Assembly: GCA_021325135.1 (NCBI GenBank)
Contig: JAJPHT010000046.1
Location: forward strand, 128,001 to 192,000
Direction of reading: 5' to 3'
DNA length: 64,000 bases
Origin: Pseudomonadota bacterium
GTDB taxonomy: Archaea > Thermoplasmatota > SW-10-69-26 > JACQPN01 > JAJPHT01
Every line of letters starts with the position of its first letter. Positions within the stretch are counted from its first letter, which is position 1. Below are positions 11,356 through 20,846 of the stretch, piece by piece. Below the pieces are notes generated by a model. It saw only the letters and a list, made by a program, of their open reading frames with translations, did no database searches and had not been told where the DNA came from. A program made the translations under genes and the position numbers.

Positions 11356-12501
11356 ATGGACACCCGCGGCCGCCCCCTTGACGAGATCAGGGCCCGCCTG
11401 CGGGAGGCCCGCGCCCGGGACACGCCCTTCGCGTCGGGCCGCATCCTGGGCTCCATGTGCACGGCGCCCCACCCGGTGGCGCTGGAGGCGTGGCGCCTCT
11501 TCGAGGAGGCCAACCTGGGGGACCCCCACCTGGTGCCCGGGGCGCGGGCGCTGGAGGAGGCTGCTCTGGGGAGCCTGGGGGCCTTGCTAAGGGCGCCCCC
11601 CGGGGGCCGCGGCGTCTTCGTGACCGGCGGCAGCGAGGCGAATCTCACGGCGGTGCTGCTGGCGCTGCGCAAGCGCGGGGGGCGCGAGGTGGTGCTGCCG
11701 GAGAGCGCGCACTTCTCGTTCGACAAGGCGTGCTCCTGGCTGGGGCTGCGGCAGGTGACGGCGCGGGTGAAGGCCGACGGGACGGTGGACGTGGACGACG
11801 TGGCGGAGCGCCTCGGCCCGCAGACGGCGTGCGTCGTGGGCATCGCGGGGACCACCGAGCTTGGCGCCGTGGACGACGTGCCGGCCCTGGGCCGCGTCTG
11901 CGCGGAGGCGGGCGTGCCGCTGCACGTGGACGCGGCGTGGGGGGGCTTCGTGATCCCCTTCGCGCGGCGGCTGGGGCGGCGGCTTCCGGAGTTCGACCTC
12001 GCGGTGCCCGGCGTGACGACGCTGGGCGTGGACCCCCACAAGATGGGCCTGGCGCCGATCCCTTCGGGCGTGCTCTTCGCGCGGGATGCGCGGGACTTCG
12101 AGCCCCTGGCGGTGCCCAGCCCCTACGTGAGCGTGGAGCGCCAGCCGACGCTCCAGGGCACGCGCAACGGAGCGGCGCCCGCGGCGACGTGGGCCGTGAT
12201 GGAGCATCTCGGGATCGAAGGCTACACGCAGGTGGTCCGCCAGTGCCTCGCCGTGACCGACCGCCTGGCCAAGGGGCTGGAGGCCGCGGGCTTCCCCCCG
12301 GCGATCCCGCCCCCCCTGTCCATCGTGGTCTTCCGCGTGGCGGACCCGGCGCAGGCCCGCGCGCGGCTGCGCGAGAAGGGCTGGCTCCTGAGCCTCGCTC
12401 CCCTCACCGGGGGCCTCAAGGTCGTCGTGGGCCCCCACGTCACGGCCGAGGCCGTCGACGCCTTCCTCGAGGTCCTGCCCTCCTGCGCGGAGGCCGCCTG
12501 A
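11356..12501 (+). CDS. mfnA: L-tyrosine/L-aspartate decarboxylase MfnA (PLP group II)
   Basis: ILGSMCTAPHP, ANLGDP, TGGSEAN, GIAGTTELG, LHVDAAWGGF, DPHKMG (PLP lysine). Confidence 0.92.
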   Translation: MDTRGRPLDEIRARLREARARDTPFASGRILGSMCTAPHPVALEAWRLFEEANLGDPHLVPGARALEEAALGSLGALLRAPPGGRGVFVTGGSEANLTAVLLALRKRGGREVVLPESAHFSFDKACSWLGLRQVTARVKADGTVDVDDVAERLGPQTACVVGIAGTTELGAVDDVPALGRVCAEAGVPLHVDAAWGGFVIPFARRLGRRLPEFDLAVPGVTTLGVDPHKMGLAPIPSGVLFARDARDFEPLAVPSPYVSVERQPTLQGTRNGAAPAATWAVMEHLGIEGYTQVVRQCLAVTDRLAKGLEAAGFPPAIPPPLSIVVFRVADPAQARARLREKGWLLSLAPLTGGLKVVVGPHVTAEAVDAFLEVLPSCAEAA

Positions 12502-13079
12502 TGGGCGAGCTTCTGCGGCGCAGCCTGCTGGAGGCGCCCATCGTGGACTTCGGGGGCTACTCCTACTTCGTGCATCCCCTCACCGACGGCATCCCGGCCA
12601 TCGAGCCCGCGCTCCTCCGGGAGATCGTGGCGGAGATCCGCGCCGCGGCGGACCTGCGCGGCGTCGACCGCATCGTGACCGTCGAGGCCATGGGCATCCC
12701 GCTCTCGACGGCCCTCTCGCTGGAGACGGGCATCCCGGTCACGGTGATCCGCAAGCGCCGCTACGGCCTGCCCGGCGAGCAGGAGGTCGGCCAGAGGACG
12801 GGCTACGCCAAGGGGTCGCTCTTCCTCAACGGCCTCCAAAAGGGGCAGCGCATCGTCTTCGTGGACGACGTGATCAGCACCGGCGGCACGCTGGCGCCGC
12901 TCCTTCTGGCCTTCCGCGAGGCGGGCCTCGTCGTCGCGGACATCGTGGTCGTCATCGAGAAGGGGGAGGGCCGGGCGCGCGTGGAGCGCGACCTGGGCGT
13001 CCGCGTCAAGACGCTCCAGAGGATGCAGGTCCTTCACGGTCGGGTCGTTCTGGACGATGTCGGAAAAGCGCCGGGTTGA
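12501..13079 (+). CDS. hpt: archaeal hypoxanthine/guanine phosphoribosyltransferase
   Basis: YFVHPLTDG, EAMGIP, IRKRRYGL, PRPP motif FVDDVISTGGT; TGATG overlap with mfnA. Confidence 0.92.
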   Translation: MGELLRRSLLEAPIVDFGGYSYFVHPLTDGIPAIEPALLREIVAEIRAAADLRGVDRIVTVEAMGIPLSTALSLETGIPVTVIRKRRYGLPGEQEVGQRTGYAKGSLFLNGLQKGQRIVFVDDVISTGGTLAPLLLAFREAGLVVADIVVVIEKGEGRARVERDLGVRVKTLQRMQVLHGRVVLDDVGKAPG

Positions 13080-13115
13080 AAGCCACCAGACCGCGATGCT
13101 CCCGTTGAGCGCGCG

Positions 13116-13886
13116 ATGGTTTCCGAAGCCCAGGTCGCGGTCCAAGGCGGGCTGGCCCTCATGACGGGGGCCCTCTACGGCTACGTGGCGCGCAACATCC
13201 GCAACCGCCGCCTCTCCCCCGAGGCCCGCGCCGCGAACCTGACCTTCGCCGTCTGGTGGCTGGCCCTGGGCGCGGTCGACCTCGCGGCGGGCGCGCTCAA
13301 CCTCGCCACCGCCTTCGGCTTCCGCGACGTCGCGATCTTCGTCACCTACGTCAACGTCGTGCTCCTCCTCATCTGCCTCGCCTTCTGGGGCCTCACGTAC
13401 TACCTCACCTACCTCTACACCGGCAGCCGGCGCGCGCTCTGGGTCCTCGGCGCGTTCTACGGCGGCCTCGGGCTGGCGCTGCTCTACCTCATCGCGTGGC
13501 TCCAGCCCACCGGCTTCGACGAGACGCAGGCGACGCTCACGCTCACCTACACGCACCAGGCGCCCCCCTTCGTGGGCACGCTCATCGGCGCGGCCCTGGT
13601 CATCCCCGTCGTCCTGGCCGCGCTGGCGTACGGCTCGCTCTTCTTCCGCGTGCGGGACCGCGCGCACCGCTTCCGCATCGGCGTCGTCGCGGGCTCGTTC
13701 CTGGGCTGGTTCGGCTGGAGCCTCCTCTCGACGCTCCTGGGGCTCAGCACGCGCTACCCCGGCTCCACCGCGCTCCTCGTGGTGAACCAGCTCATCGGCC
13801 TGGGCGTCCCCGTGGCGGTCATCGTCGCCTATCGCCCTCCGCGCTGGATCCGGCGCCGCCTCGACTCGGCGACCTACGCCCTCTGA
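13116..13886 (+). CDS. stand-alone 7-TM membrane protein; paralogue of 63107-63880
   Basis: About seven hydrophobic segments; shares motifs with 63107-63880. Confidence 0.8.
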   Translation: MVSEAQVAVQGGLALMTGALYGYVARNIRNRRLSPEARAANLTFAVWWLALGAVDLAAGALNLATAFGFRDVAIFVTYVNVVLLLICLAFWGLTYYLTYLYTGSRRALWVLGAFYGGLGLALLYLIAWLQPTGFDETQATLTLTYTHQAPPFVGTLIGAALVIPVVLAALAYGSLFFRVRDRAHRFRIGVVAGSFLGWFGWSLLSTLLGLSTRYPGSTALLVVNQLIGLGVPVAVIVAYRPPRWIRRRLDSATYAL

Positions 13887-13919
13887 AGGCTTTTATCCCA
13901 GGGGAGCCTCGGCCCAACC

Positions 13920-15029
13920 ATGCCCTACGAGGGCGAGCACCAGCGGCGCGCCACGGGCCCCCTGTTCGAGTCCTACGACATGGACCTGGACGCCGTGGTC
14001 GCCCGCATCCGCGGCCGCGCCGGGACCAAGAGCGTGGGCCTCCAGTTCCCCGACGGGCTGCGCGACTACGCCACCGAGATCGAGCGCATCCTCGCCGCGC
14101 AGACGCCGGGCGTCGAGTACGTCATCAGCGCCGACCCCAGCTACGGCGCGTGCGACCTGGCGCTCAACCTCCAGCGCCTGGGCGTCGACCTGCTCATCCA
14201 CTTCGGGCACACCGAGATGCCCAGCATCAACCACCTCTTCGACTGGGACGTCATGTACGTCAGCGCGCGCCACAAGCTGGACGTGGGCCCCGTGAGCGCC
14301 GCGGGCGCCAGGAAGCTGTCCGAGCGGACGAACGGCGGCAAGCGCGTGGGCATCGTCACCACTGCGCAGCACCAGCACAAGCTCCACCAGATGGCGGACG
14401 CCATGAAGCGGGAGGGCTTCGAGGTCTTCGTGGGCGCGGGCGACAACCGCCTCGCCGGGCTGGGCCAGCTGCTGGGCTGCAACTACACCGCGGGCACCAG
14501 CATCGAGGAGGACGTGGACGGCTTCGTCTACGTGGGCAGCGGCGACTTCCACCCCATCGCCATCGCGTGGGGCACCGACAAGCCCGTCGTCCTGGCGGAC
14601 CCCTACAGCGGCGAGGTGCGCACGCTCGACGAGGTCATGGACCGCCTCATGCGCCAGCGCTTCGCCGCCATCCAGCGCGCCAAGGACGCCAAGGCGTTCG
14701 GCGTCCTCGTGGGCACGCGCGTCGGCCAGGAGCGCATGCGCCTCGCCCGCGGCATCAAGAAGATGCTGGAGCAGAAGGGGCACGAGGCGCACCTCATCGC
14801 GCTGGACTTCTTCTCGTGGGACAACCTGCAGTACTTCCGCCACCTGGACGCGCTGGTCAACACGTCGTGCCCGCGCATCACCACCGACGACTACGCGCGT
14901 TACCCCATGCCCATGCTGACGCCTCCGGAGCTGGAGATCGTCCTGGGCAAGCGCACGTGGGAGGAGTACGCCTTCGACGAGTTCAAGGGGACGAAGCCGC
15001 GGCCCGAGGAGCGGGTCGTGCGGCTCTGA
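13920..15029 (+). CDS. dph2: 2-(3-amino-3-carboxypropyl)histidine synthase (diphthamide biosynthesis)
   Basis: GLQFPDGL, YGACD, HFGH, GQLLGCNY, GDFHP, TSCPRI; all three Fe-S cysteines present. Confidence 0.95.
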   Translation: MPYEGEHQRRATGPLFESYDMDLDAVVARIRGRAGTKSVGLQFPDGLRDYATEIERILAAQTPGVEYVISADPSYGACDLALNLQRLGVDLLIHFGHTEMPSINHLFDWDVMYVSARHKLDVGPVSAAGARKLSERTNGGKRVGIVTTAQHQHKLHQMADAMKREGFEVFVGAGDNRLAGLGQLLGCNYTAGTSIEEDVDGFVYVGSGDFHPIAIAWGTDKPVVLADPYSGEVRTLDEVMDRLMRQRFAAIQRAKDAKAFGVLVGTRVGQERMRLARGIKKMLEQKGHEAHLIALDFFSWDNLQYFRHLDALVNTSCPRITTDDYARYPMPMLTPPELEIVLGKRTWEEYAFDEFKGTKPRPEERVVRL

Positions 15030-15033
15030 CCGC

Positions 15034-15633
15034 CTACGCCTTCAGCGCCAGGGTCGCCAGCCGCGCGTCGATGAGGTCGAGCAGTTCGGGGAGGAGCGCG
15101 TCGGCCTGCTCCTGCGTCCAGCGGTGCTCGTCGATCTCCTCCGAGGCGGGGTTGATCAGGTCCGAGACCTCGTCGGTGTCCTGCTCCTCGAAGAAGGTGA
15201 GCGTCAGCGCGGTGGGCTTGATCCAGTGGGGCACCTTGGCCGGAAGCTCGTAGACCGTGCCGGCCGGGTGCTGGTGCGTGTGCTTCGTCAGGCGGTAGGC
15301 CTGCCCGTGGAGGAAGCGGTCGCCCGCCGGGTCCGGGTCCGCGCGGTAGGTGTAGTGCTCCAGGTGCCCGAGGAGGACCGTCCCGCGGATCCAGCCCGCG
15401 TGGTAGTGGATCGTGCCCCAGAAGCGGTCGTCGAAGGAGCACCAGTCGGGGTGGAAGACGTGCATCTTCCGCCAGACGCCGTCCTCCCGCGACAGGCCCC
15501 ACTGCAGCATGTCGCCATACTGGTCCATGGACGCCATGCCCCGCTTCCGCAGCACCGCCTGGGCCTCCTGCAGGAGGCCCGCGAGCCGCGCGGGGGGCGC
15601 CTGGGCTTGCTTGACGGGGTGGAACTCGAGCAT
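15034..15633 (-). CDS. hypothetical protein with cupin-like His motif
   Basis: IHYHAGWIRGTVLLGHLEH and a downstream VPHWI fit a cupin HxH...H arrangement. Confidence 0.6.
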   Translation of the reverse strand: MLEFHPVKQAQAPPARLAGLLQEAQAVLRKRGMASMDQYGDMLQWGLSREDGVWRKMHVFHPDWCSFDDRFWGTIHYHAGWIRGTVLLGHLEHYTYRADPDPAGDRFLHGQAYRLTKHTHQHPAGTVYELPAKVPHWIKPTALTLTFFEEQDTDEVSDLINPASEEIDEHRWTQEQADALLPELLDLIDARLATLALKA

Positions 15634-15761
15634 GGGCCCTCGACGGGCCTCAGAAAGGGCGCCCGATCATAGCTTTGCCTGTCACGGGCGGGTCCAAAAG
15701 TCCTTCCTCCAGGGGGCCGCTCGCGCGCCATGCCTGTCAGGTTCCCGGGGGCGGCGTAGCC

Positions 15762-16127
15762 GTGGGCGCGCTCCAGGTCGGAGCCCTGGTGGCCATCGGC
15801 CTCGTCGCCGCGCTGGGCGCCGCCTAGGTCGTCACGGGCGGCCACCTCTTCGACGGGTGCCGCATCCACGTGGAGAGCGAGGCGAGCCGCCCCCTGGCCT
15901 ACGCGGTCGATTACAAGGGGAAGGTGGACGCGGCGCGCGGGACGCTCATGCCGGGCACCACGGCGGACGTGAGGCTCTGCACGCTCTCCCCCCGCGGAGG
16001 GCCCGAGGGCACCCTGCGCGTGGCGGGCCTGGGCAACGCGACGTTCCGCCTCGACCCCACCTGCGACGACTGGCGCTTCCTGGCCAACGACACGGCCCTC
16101 GTGGCCGGGTCCCGGGCGTGCGCGTGA
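15762..16127 (+). pseudogene. membrane-anchored hypothetical protein interrupted by an in-frame TAG at 15825-15827
   Basis: GTG 15762 VGALQVGALVAIGLVAALGAA*VVTGGHLFDGCRIH continues in frame into ORF 15870-16127. Confidence 0.55.
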
Positions 16128-16197
16128 GCTTGTCACCCCCAGGTACAGGTCAGTTATTAATGGGCCCCTGGCCTTCGCGCGCCTGGAGGCTTCCCCG

Positions 16198-19100
16198 TTG
16201 TCCACCTTGCGAGTGGCCACGCTCACGTGCGCGCTTCTCCTCATCCTGCCCCTCGCGGCCCCCTTCGCGGGCGCTGACGCCGTCGCCGACGACTCCACGA
16301 GCGGCGCCCGCAACGTGAAGGACCCCTCGACCGTCCTCAGCGTGGGCAACCCCATCCGCGTCGTCCACTTCCGCGACGTCCTCTCGGTCTCGCCCGTCGT
16401 CTACCCGGAGAACGGGACCATCGACTACGGCCAGACCTACGACCTCACCCTCACGGCCCTGGACAGCGCGACGGTCGACCCCTCGGCCGGCACGCAGTAC
16501 CAGCTCGTCGCCCCCTCGGGCACGCTGGTGGGCCCCACCCGCAGCGCGTATGCCGACAATGAGCACTGCGGCCAGGGCGCCGGCGCGCCCCTCACCTACC
16601 AGAGGCCCTGCGGCGCGCCCTACTCCTTCGCGAACCTCAGCTTCCCCAACGTGCGGTTCAACGAGGGCGGCGTGTGGCTCGTGACGAGCGAGACCAGCGG
16701 GGCCACGGTGGCCCGGTTCGTCGTCTCGCCCCACACGGAGATCGCGGTCTCCCTGAGCAGGACGAGCGCCGCCTACAACCCCGAGGGCTCCTTCAGCTAC
16801 ATCCTCACCGCGATCTACGCGGCGAACGGCACGCCCGTCTCCGGCGCGACCATCGACGTCTTCCCCGCCGGCTCGGGGCTGGCCAACGGAGTCACCACCG
16901 ACGCCTCGGGCAGCGCCACGGTCCTCCAGACGGGAACGCCTCGCGCCAACACGTACCATTACTTCGTGAACGCCTCCGTCGCCGACGCCGTCGCGGGCTC
17001 GTGCGCCCCGGGCGATCCCGTGAGCGCGTGCAGCGATATCATGGGCGAGGCAAACCTGACCGTCGTCCCGGCGACGCTCTCCTTCGGAGCCTCCCCCTCC
17101 CCTGACGTTGGCACGCAGGACCCCGTGGCGCTCACGCCCGCGTTCCCTGACGCCAACGGCACCCTGGTCTGGACCGGCGTGCAGGACACGCCCGGCGTCT
17201 CGCTGGGCTCGGGGTACTTCCCCAACGCGTCGACGTTCAACGTCTCGGTGACCTTCCCCAACGGGACGGTCCTCTACGAGACGGGCGTGACGCGCGGCTC
17301 GCTGAGCTACCCCGTCGCGGACTTCCTCGCGTCGGACCACCTCCGGTGCTTCGATCCCAACGACGGCTCGTGGCTCTCCGGACCGGGCTCGCCCTGCTCC
17401 GCCACGGCGGCGCTGGCCTCCGCGTTCGGCGTCGACCAGGACACCGGCCAGGTCTTCTTCCAGCCCGGCTCCCTGGCGTGGCAGCCCGGCGCGTACACGG
17501 TCGCGATGCGCGTCAACAACGACGCGGCGGGCGGCTCGGAGTACGCCGGCGCGGCGACGCTGGGCTCCCCGACGCCCCCGCCCGAACTCCACCTCGCGCT
17601 CATGGACGAGGCGGGCAACCCCCTCTCGTCCCTCCCCGTGCTCCCCGCCTCGCAAGGCGCGCTCCAGCCGCAGACGGTGAAGCTGCTCCTCACGGGCGCC
17701 ACGGAGGACCAGCACCCCGCCGGCGGCACGGTGGTCGTGCTCGTCGAAGGCGCCCTCCTCACGGGCCCCGGCTACGGCGTCGTCTCCTACGACGAGGCCA
17801 CCGGCGTCGCGACCATCGCGGGCCTCGTGCCCACCGGCGCGGGGGACGTCACGTTCTTCGCGTTCTCGCAGGACGCGGCGGCCACGCTGAGCGTGCCCAC
17901 GACCGGCGGCGCGCTCCTCTCCCCCTCCGTGGGCGCCATCACGGCGGGCCCGCCCGCGGGCTTCTCCGTCTTCGTGCGCGACGCCAACGGCAACCTCGTC
18001 CCCACCGCGCAGGTGGACGCCCTCTTCGAGGACGGGACGCCCGTCTCGCCGGACCTCATGCCCGCGGACCCCTTCCCCCTCCAGGGCAACGGCGCCCCCG
18101 GGGCGGGCCGGGGCGGCGTCTACGACGTGAACCTCACCGTGGCGAGCCCCCGGAGCCTCATCCTCCAGGCCACCCTCCAGCCCCCGGGCGGCGAGGCGAG
18201 CTACGCGCTGGCGCGCGTCGACGTCCTGCCCGACCAGGCGCCCAGCGTGGCCATCGGCTCGCCCGCCTCGGGCGCCACCGTGGGCGGCCTCCTGGAGGTC
18301 CGCGGCACGGCAAGCGACCCCGACGGCAACCCCGTCTCCGTGCAGGTGCGCGTCGACGATGGCGCGTGGGTCCCCGCCAGCGGAGGCGAGTCGTGGACGA
18401 GCCTCCTCGACGCGCGCTCGCTTTCCGACGGGCCGCACGACGTGCAGGCCCAGGCCAGCGACGGATTCCTCTCCTCCCCCATCGCGACGACGCAGGTGGT
18501 CGTGCAGAACCGCGTCGCGCCCAACGTCTCCATCGTCTCGCCCTCGACGCTGGGCCCCTGGAGCGGCGACCTCCTGGTCCAGGGCCGCGCGGGGGACCTC
18601 GACGGGGGCGCTCTCACCGTGCAGGTGCGCGTCGACCAGGGCGCGTGGATGCCCGCCCGGGGCGGCGCCTCGTGGAGCCGCGTCGTCGACACGCGGGTCC
18701 TCTCCGACGGCCTCCACGACGTGGAGGCGCAGGCCCTCGACGGGGACCTCGCGTCGCCCATCGCCGAAGCGCAGTTCCGCGTGCAGAACGGAGCCGCGCC
18801 CGCCCTCGCCGTCGACTCGCCCGCCAACAGCAGCGTCGTGAGCGGCACGGTCGTGGTGACCGGCCGCGCGTACTCGCCCACGAGCGAGATCGTCAGCGTC
18901 CAGTGGAGCCTCCCCAACGGCTCGCTCCAGACGGCGTTCGGCAAGGAGAGCTGGAGCTTCTCCTTCGACTCCGTGCCGCTGACGACCGCGGGCACGCTCG
19001 AGGCGCTCGTCGTCGCGACGGACGCGCGCGGCGTCTCCACGGGCGCGATCGTGGCCCTCCACGTCGACAACCGCCCCGACCCCGCCATCGCGGCCCGTGA

Positions 19101-19500
19101 TATCACCGTGGAGCGCGCCCCCATCGTGACCGACGCGGGCAGCGTCCCCAACGTCGCGACCGAGCACCGCATCGTCCACGTCCGCGTGAGGAACCTGGGC
19201 ACCGTGGCCTCCGAAGCCTCGACGCTCGACCTCACCGCCCGCTCGCGCGACCCCACCGGGCTCAACGGAGGCGCGTGGAGCGTGGACCGCGTCCACGTCC
19301 CCGCCATCCCCGCAGGCAGCTCCGTCATCGTGGACGCCACCTGGGACACCACCGGCACCGTGGGCGACCTGGACCTCTGCGCCGCGATCGACTACGCCAA
19401 CGCCGAACGAGACACAGGCAACGACGCCGCCTGCACGCCGCAGCACGTCCTCCTGGGCGGCCTCGGCTACGGCTTCCGGCTGCCCTTGCTGGGACTCTAG
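16198..19500 (+). CDS. large secreted/surface protein with three tandem Ig-like domains and a C-terminal CARDB-like domain
   Basis: Signal peptide; repeats APSVAIGSP...VQVRVDDGAW...LSDGPHDV and APNVSIVSP...VQVRVDQGAW...LSDGLHDV; VRNLG...ATWDT...ERDTGND. Confidence 0.82.
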   Translation: MSTLRVATLTCALLLILPLAAPFAGADAVADDSTSGARNVKDPSTVLSVGNPIRVVHFRDVLSVSPVVYPENGTIDYGQTYDLTLTALDSATVDPSAGTQYQLVAPSGTLVGPTRSAYADNEHCGQGAGAPLTYQRPCGAPYSFANLSFPNVRFNEGGVWLVTSETSGATVARFVVSPHTEIAVSLSRTSAAYNPEGSFSYILTAIYAANGTPVSGATIDVFPAGSGLANGVTTDASGSATVLQTGTPRANTYHYFVNASVADAVAGSCAPGDPVSACSDIMGEANLTVVPATLSFGASPSPDVGTQDPVALTPAFPDANGTLVWTGVQDTPGVSLGSGYFPNASTFNVSVTFPNGTVLYETGVTRGSLSYPVADFLASDHLRCFDPNDGSWLSGPGSPCSATAALASAFGVDQDTGQVFFQPGSLAWQPGAYTVAMRVNNDAAGGSEYAGAATLGSPTPPPELHLALMDEAGNPLSSLPVLPASQGALQPQTVKLLLTGATEDQHPAGGTVVVLVEGALLTGPGYGVVSYDEATGVATIAGLVPTGAGDVTFFAFSQDAAATLSVPTTGGALLSPSVGAITAGPPAGFSVFVRDANGNLVPTAQVDALFEDGTPVSPDLMPADPFPLQGNGAPGAGRGGVYDVNLTVASPRSLILQATLQPPGGEASYALARVDVLPDQAPSVAIGSPASGATVGGLLEVRGTASDPDGNPVSVQVRVDDGAWVPASGGESWTSLLDARSLSDGPHDVQAQASDGFLSSPIATTQVVVQNRVAPNVSIVSPSTLGPWSGDLLVQGRAGDLDGGALTVQVRVDQGAWMPARGGASWSRVVDTRVLSDGLHDVEAQALDGDLASPIAEAQFRVQNGAAPALAVDSPANSSVVSGTVVVTGRAYSPTSEIVSVQWSLPNGSLQTAFGKESWSFSFDSVPLTTAGTLEALVVATDARGVSTGAIVALHVDNRPDPAIAARDITVERAPIVTDAGSVPNVATEHRIVHVRVRNLGTVASEASTLDLTARSRDPTGLNGGAWSVDRVHVPAIPAGSSVIVDATWDTTGTVGDLDLCAAIDYANAERDTGNDAACTPQHVLLGGLGYGFRLPLLGL

Positions 19501-19531
19501 TCCTCGTTCTCTGATCCCCACGACCTGAACG

Positions 19532-19553
19532 TCAGGGGGGCGAGCCCCCCTGA
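19532..19553. terminator. GC-rich hairpin after the surface-protein gene (possible terminator)
   Basis: TCAGGGGGG-CGAG-CCCCCCTGA, a 9-bp perfect stem, followed by a second GCGCGCGC stem. Confidence 0.5.
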
Positions 19554-19709
19554 AACCCCCCATTTTGCGCGCGCTGCGGCGCGCGCGAACTGGCAAGAAA
19601 CCCAGATGCCTGGACGCGGGGGAAAACGCTCCTGGCGCCGGCGCCGGAAAGCGGACTTGCGGCAAGGAGAAGCCCTCCACGCCCTTCCCGGGCGGGAGGT
19701 GAGGAACCC

Positions 19710-20060
19710 ATGCAGTTCCTTGTCGTCGAGAAGGTATCCACGGAAACCGCCATCACGCCGGAATTGTACGCGCAGGTCCCCGAGATCGTCCAGGCCATCG
19801 GCGACTACAACGCCGCCCTCACCAAGCAGGGCAAGGTCAAGGCATCGTGGAACCTCGCCGACGGGCCCGGCGGCGCCTTCGTCCTCGACGTCGAGTCGGG
19901 CGAAGAGCTGGAGCGCATCCTCCTGGGCTCGCCCTCCAACGCCTTCCCGATCACGCGCGAGGTCCACCCCGTGACGGGCGTGGCCTCGGGCGTGAGCGCC
20001 ATCGCCTCCACCGTCCGCGAAGCCATCGCGCACCAGAAGGCGATGCAGGCGCACCGCTAG
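19710..20060 (+). CDS. muconolactone-isomerase/DUF3303-like small protein
   Basis: GKVKASW...GGAFVLDVESGEELERIL..SP pattern; archaeal SD GGAGGTGA just upstream. Confidence 0.65.
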   Translation: MQFLVVEKVSTETAITPELYAQVPEIVQAIGDYNAALTKQGKVKASWNLADGPGGAFVLDVESGEELERILLGSPSNAFPITREVHPVTGVASGVSAIASTVREAIAHQKAMQAHR

Positions 20061-20332
20061 GCCTTCGCCTCCATGGCCGCCTTCACGCGCGCCGCCAGGT
20101 GCCGCTCGTCGTCGGCCCGGGCCACGTCCAGGAGCGACGCCTCGCCGCCCCAGTTGCGGATGTCGTGCGCGAGCGACTCCAGCGCCTGGCGGTTGGCCTC
20201 GGTGGGCTTCGCCACGTAGGCGCCGTCCTGGAGGTACGCGCCGTCCATGCGCTTCAGCGCGCGCCACGCCGCGACGCGGGGCGCGCTGGGCTCGCTGGGG
20301 ATTCGGTAGAGGAGAAGCAGCCACTTCGCCAT
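20057..20332 (-). CDS. ChrB N-terminal domain-only protein (PaaX/ChrB_N-like)
   Basis: WLLLLYRIPSEPSAPRVAAWRALKRMDGAYLQDGAYV...GGEA. Confidence 0.85.
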   Translation of the reverse strand: MAKWLLLLYRIPSEPSAPRVAAWRALKRMDGAYLQDGAYVAKPTEANRQALESLAHDIRNWGGEASLLDVARADDERHLAARVKAAMEAKA

Positions 20333-20333
20333 G

Positions 20334-20750
20334 CTATCGTTCCGCCTGCGCCCTGGCGCGCGCGTAGAGGGCGTCGAAGACGGCGGACGCGCGCTCCAGG
20401 ACCTTGTGGTCGTCGGGCTCCGCGAGGGTGAGGCCGCGCAGCACTGCGTCGACGCCCGGGCTCTCGGGAAGCTCCAGCAGGTGGAGGTCGATGTCGTGGA
20501 CGATCCGCGCCACGGCGACGAGGCCCGCGTCGCCCGCGAGCTTGTGGTCCTCCACGAGCGCCTCGAAGGTGCACGCCTCGCCGCGGTGGCCCGCCCTGGC
20601 GCCGGGCACGTCGAAGGGCGTGGCGCCCGCGGGGAAGTCCGCGCCGGGGGGCACGAAGGCGAAGCTCGCCCGGGGGTCGATGAACCGCTTGATGAGCCAC
20701 GCGCTGCCGCACCGGTCCACGTGCGGCCGCGCCCGGGTCGCCCACTGCAT
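20334..20750 (-). CDS. ChrB C-terminal domain-only protein (ChrF-like)
   Basis: WATRARPHVDRCGSAWLIKRFIDP, ATPFD, HRGEACTFE, IVHDID. Confidence 0.9.
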   Translation of the reverse strand: MQWATRARPHVDRCGSAWLIKRFIDPRASFAFVPPGADFPAGATPFDVPGARAGHRGEACTFEALVEDHKLAGDAGLVAVARIVHDIDLHLLELPESPGVDAVLRGLTLAEPDDHKVLERASAVFDALYARARAQAER

Positions 20751-20779
20751 GGAGCGGAGTGGAGCGCCCGGAAGCTTAA

Positions 20780-20846
20780 ACGTAACGATCGTTACGTGTC
20801 GTAACGACCGTTACGTTCATGCTCCTGGTCGCGTAACCATCGTTAC
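20780..20846. promoter_or_regulatory. three GTAAC-N4-GTTAC palindromes (putative operators) next to the chrB-like TATA box
   Basis: ACGTAACGATCGTTACGT 20780-20797 (perfect), GTAACGACCGTTAC 20801-20814, GTAACCATCGTTAC 20833-20846; minus-strand TTTAAG at 20780-20775. Confidence 0.8.

Noticed and set aside
20780-20846. Mini CRISPR array
   Set aside because: Repeats are only 14 bp with 5- and 18-nt gaps and there are no cas genes; an operator cluster fits better
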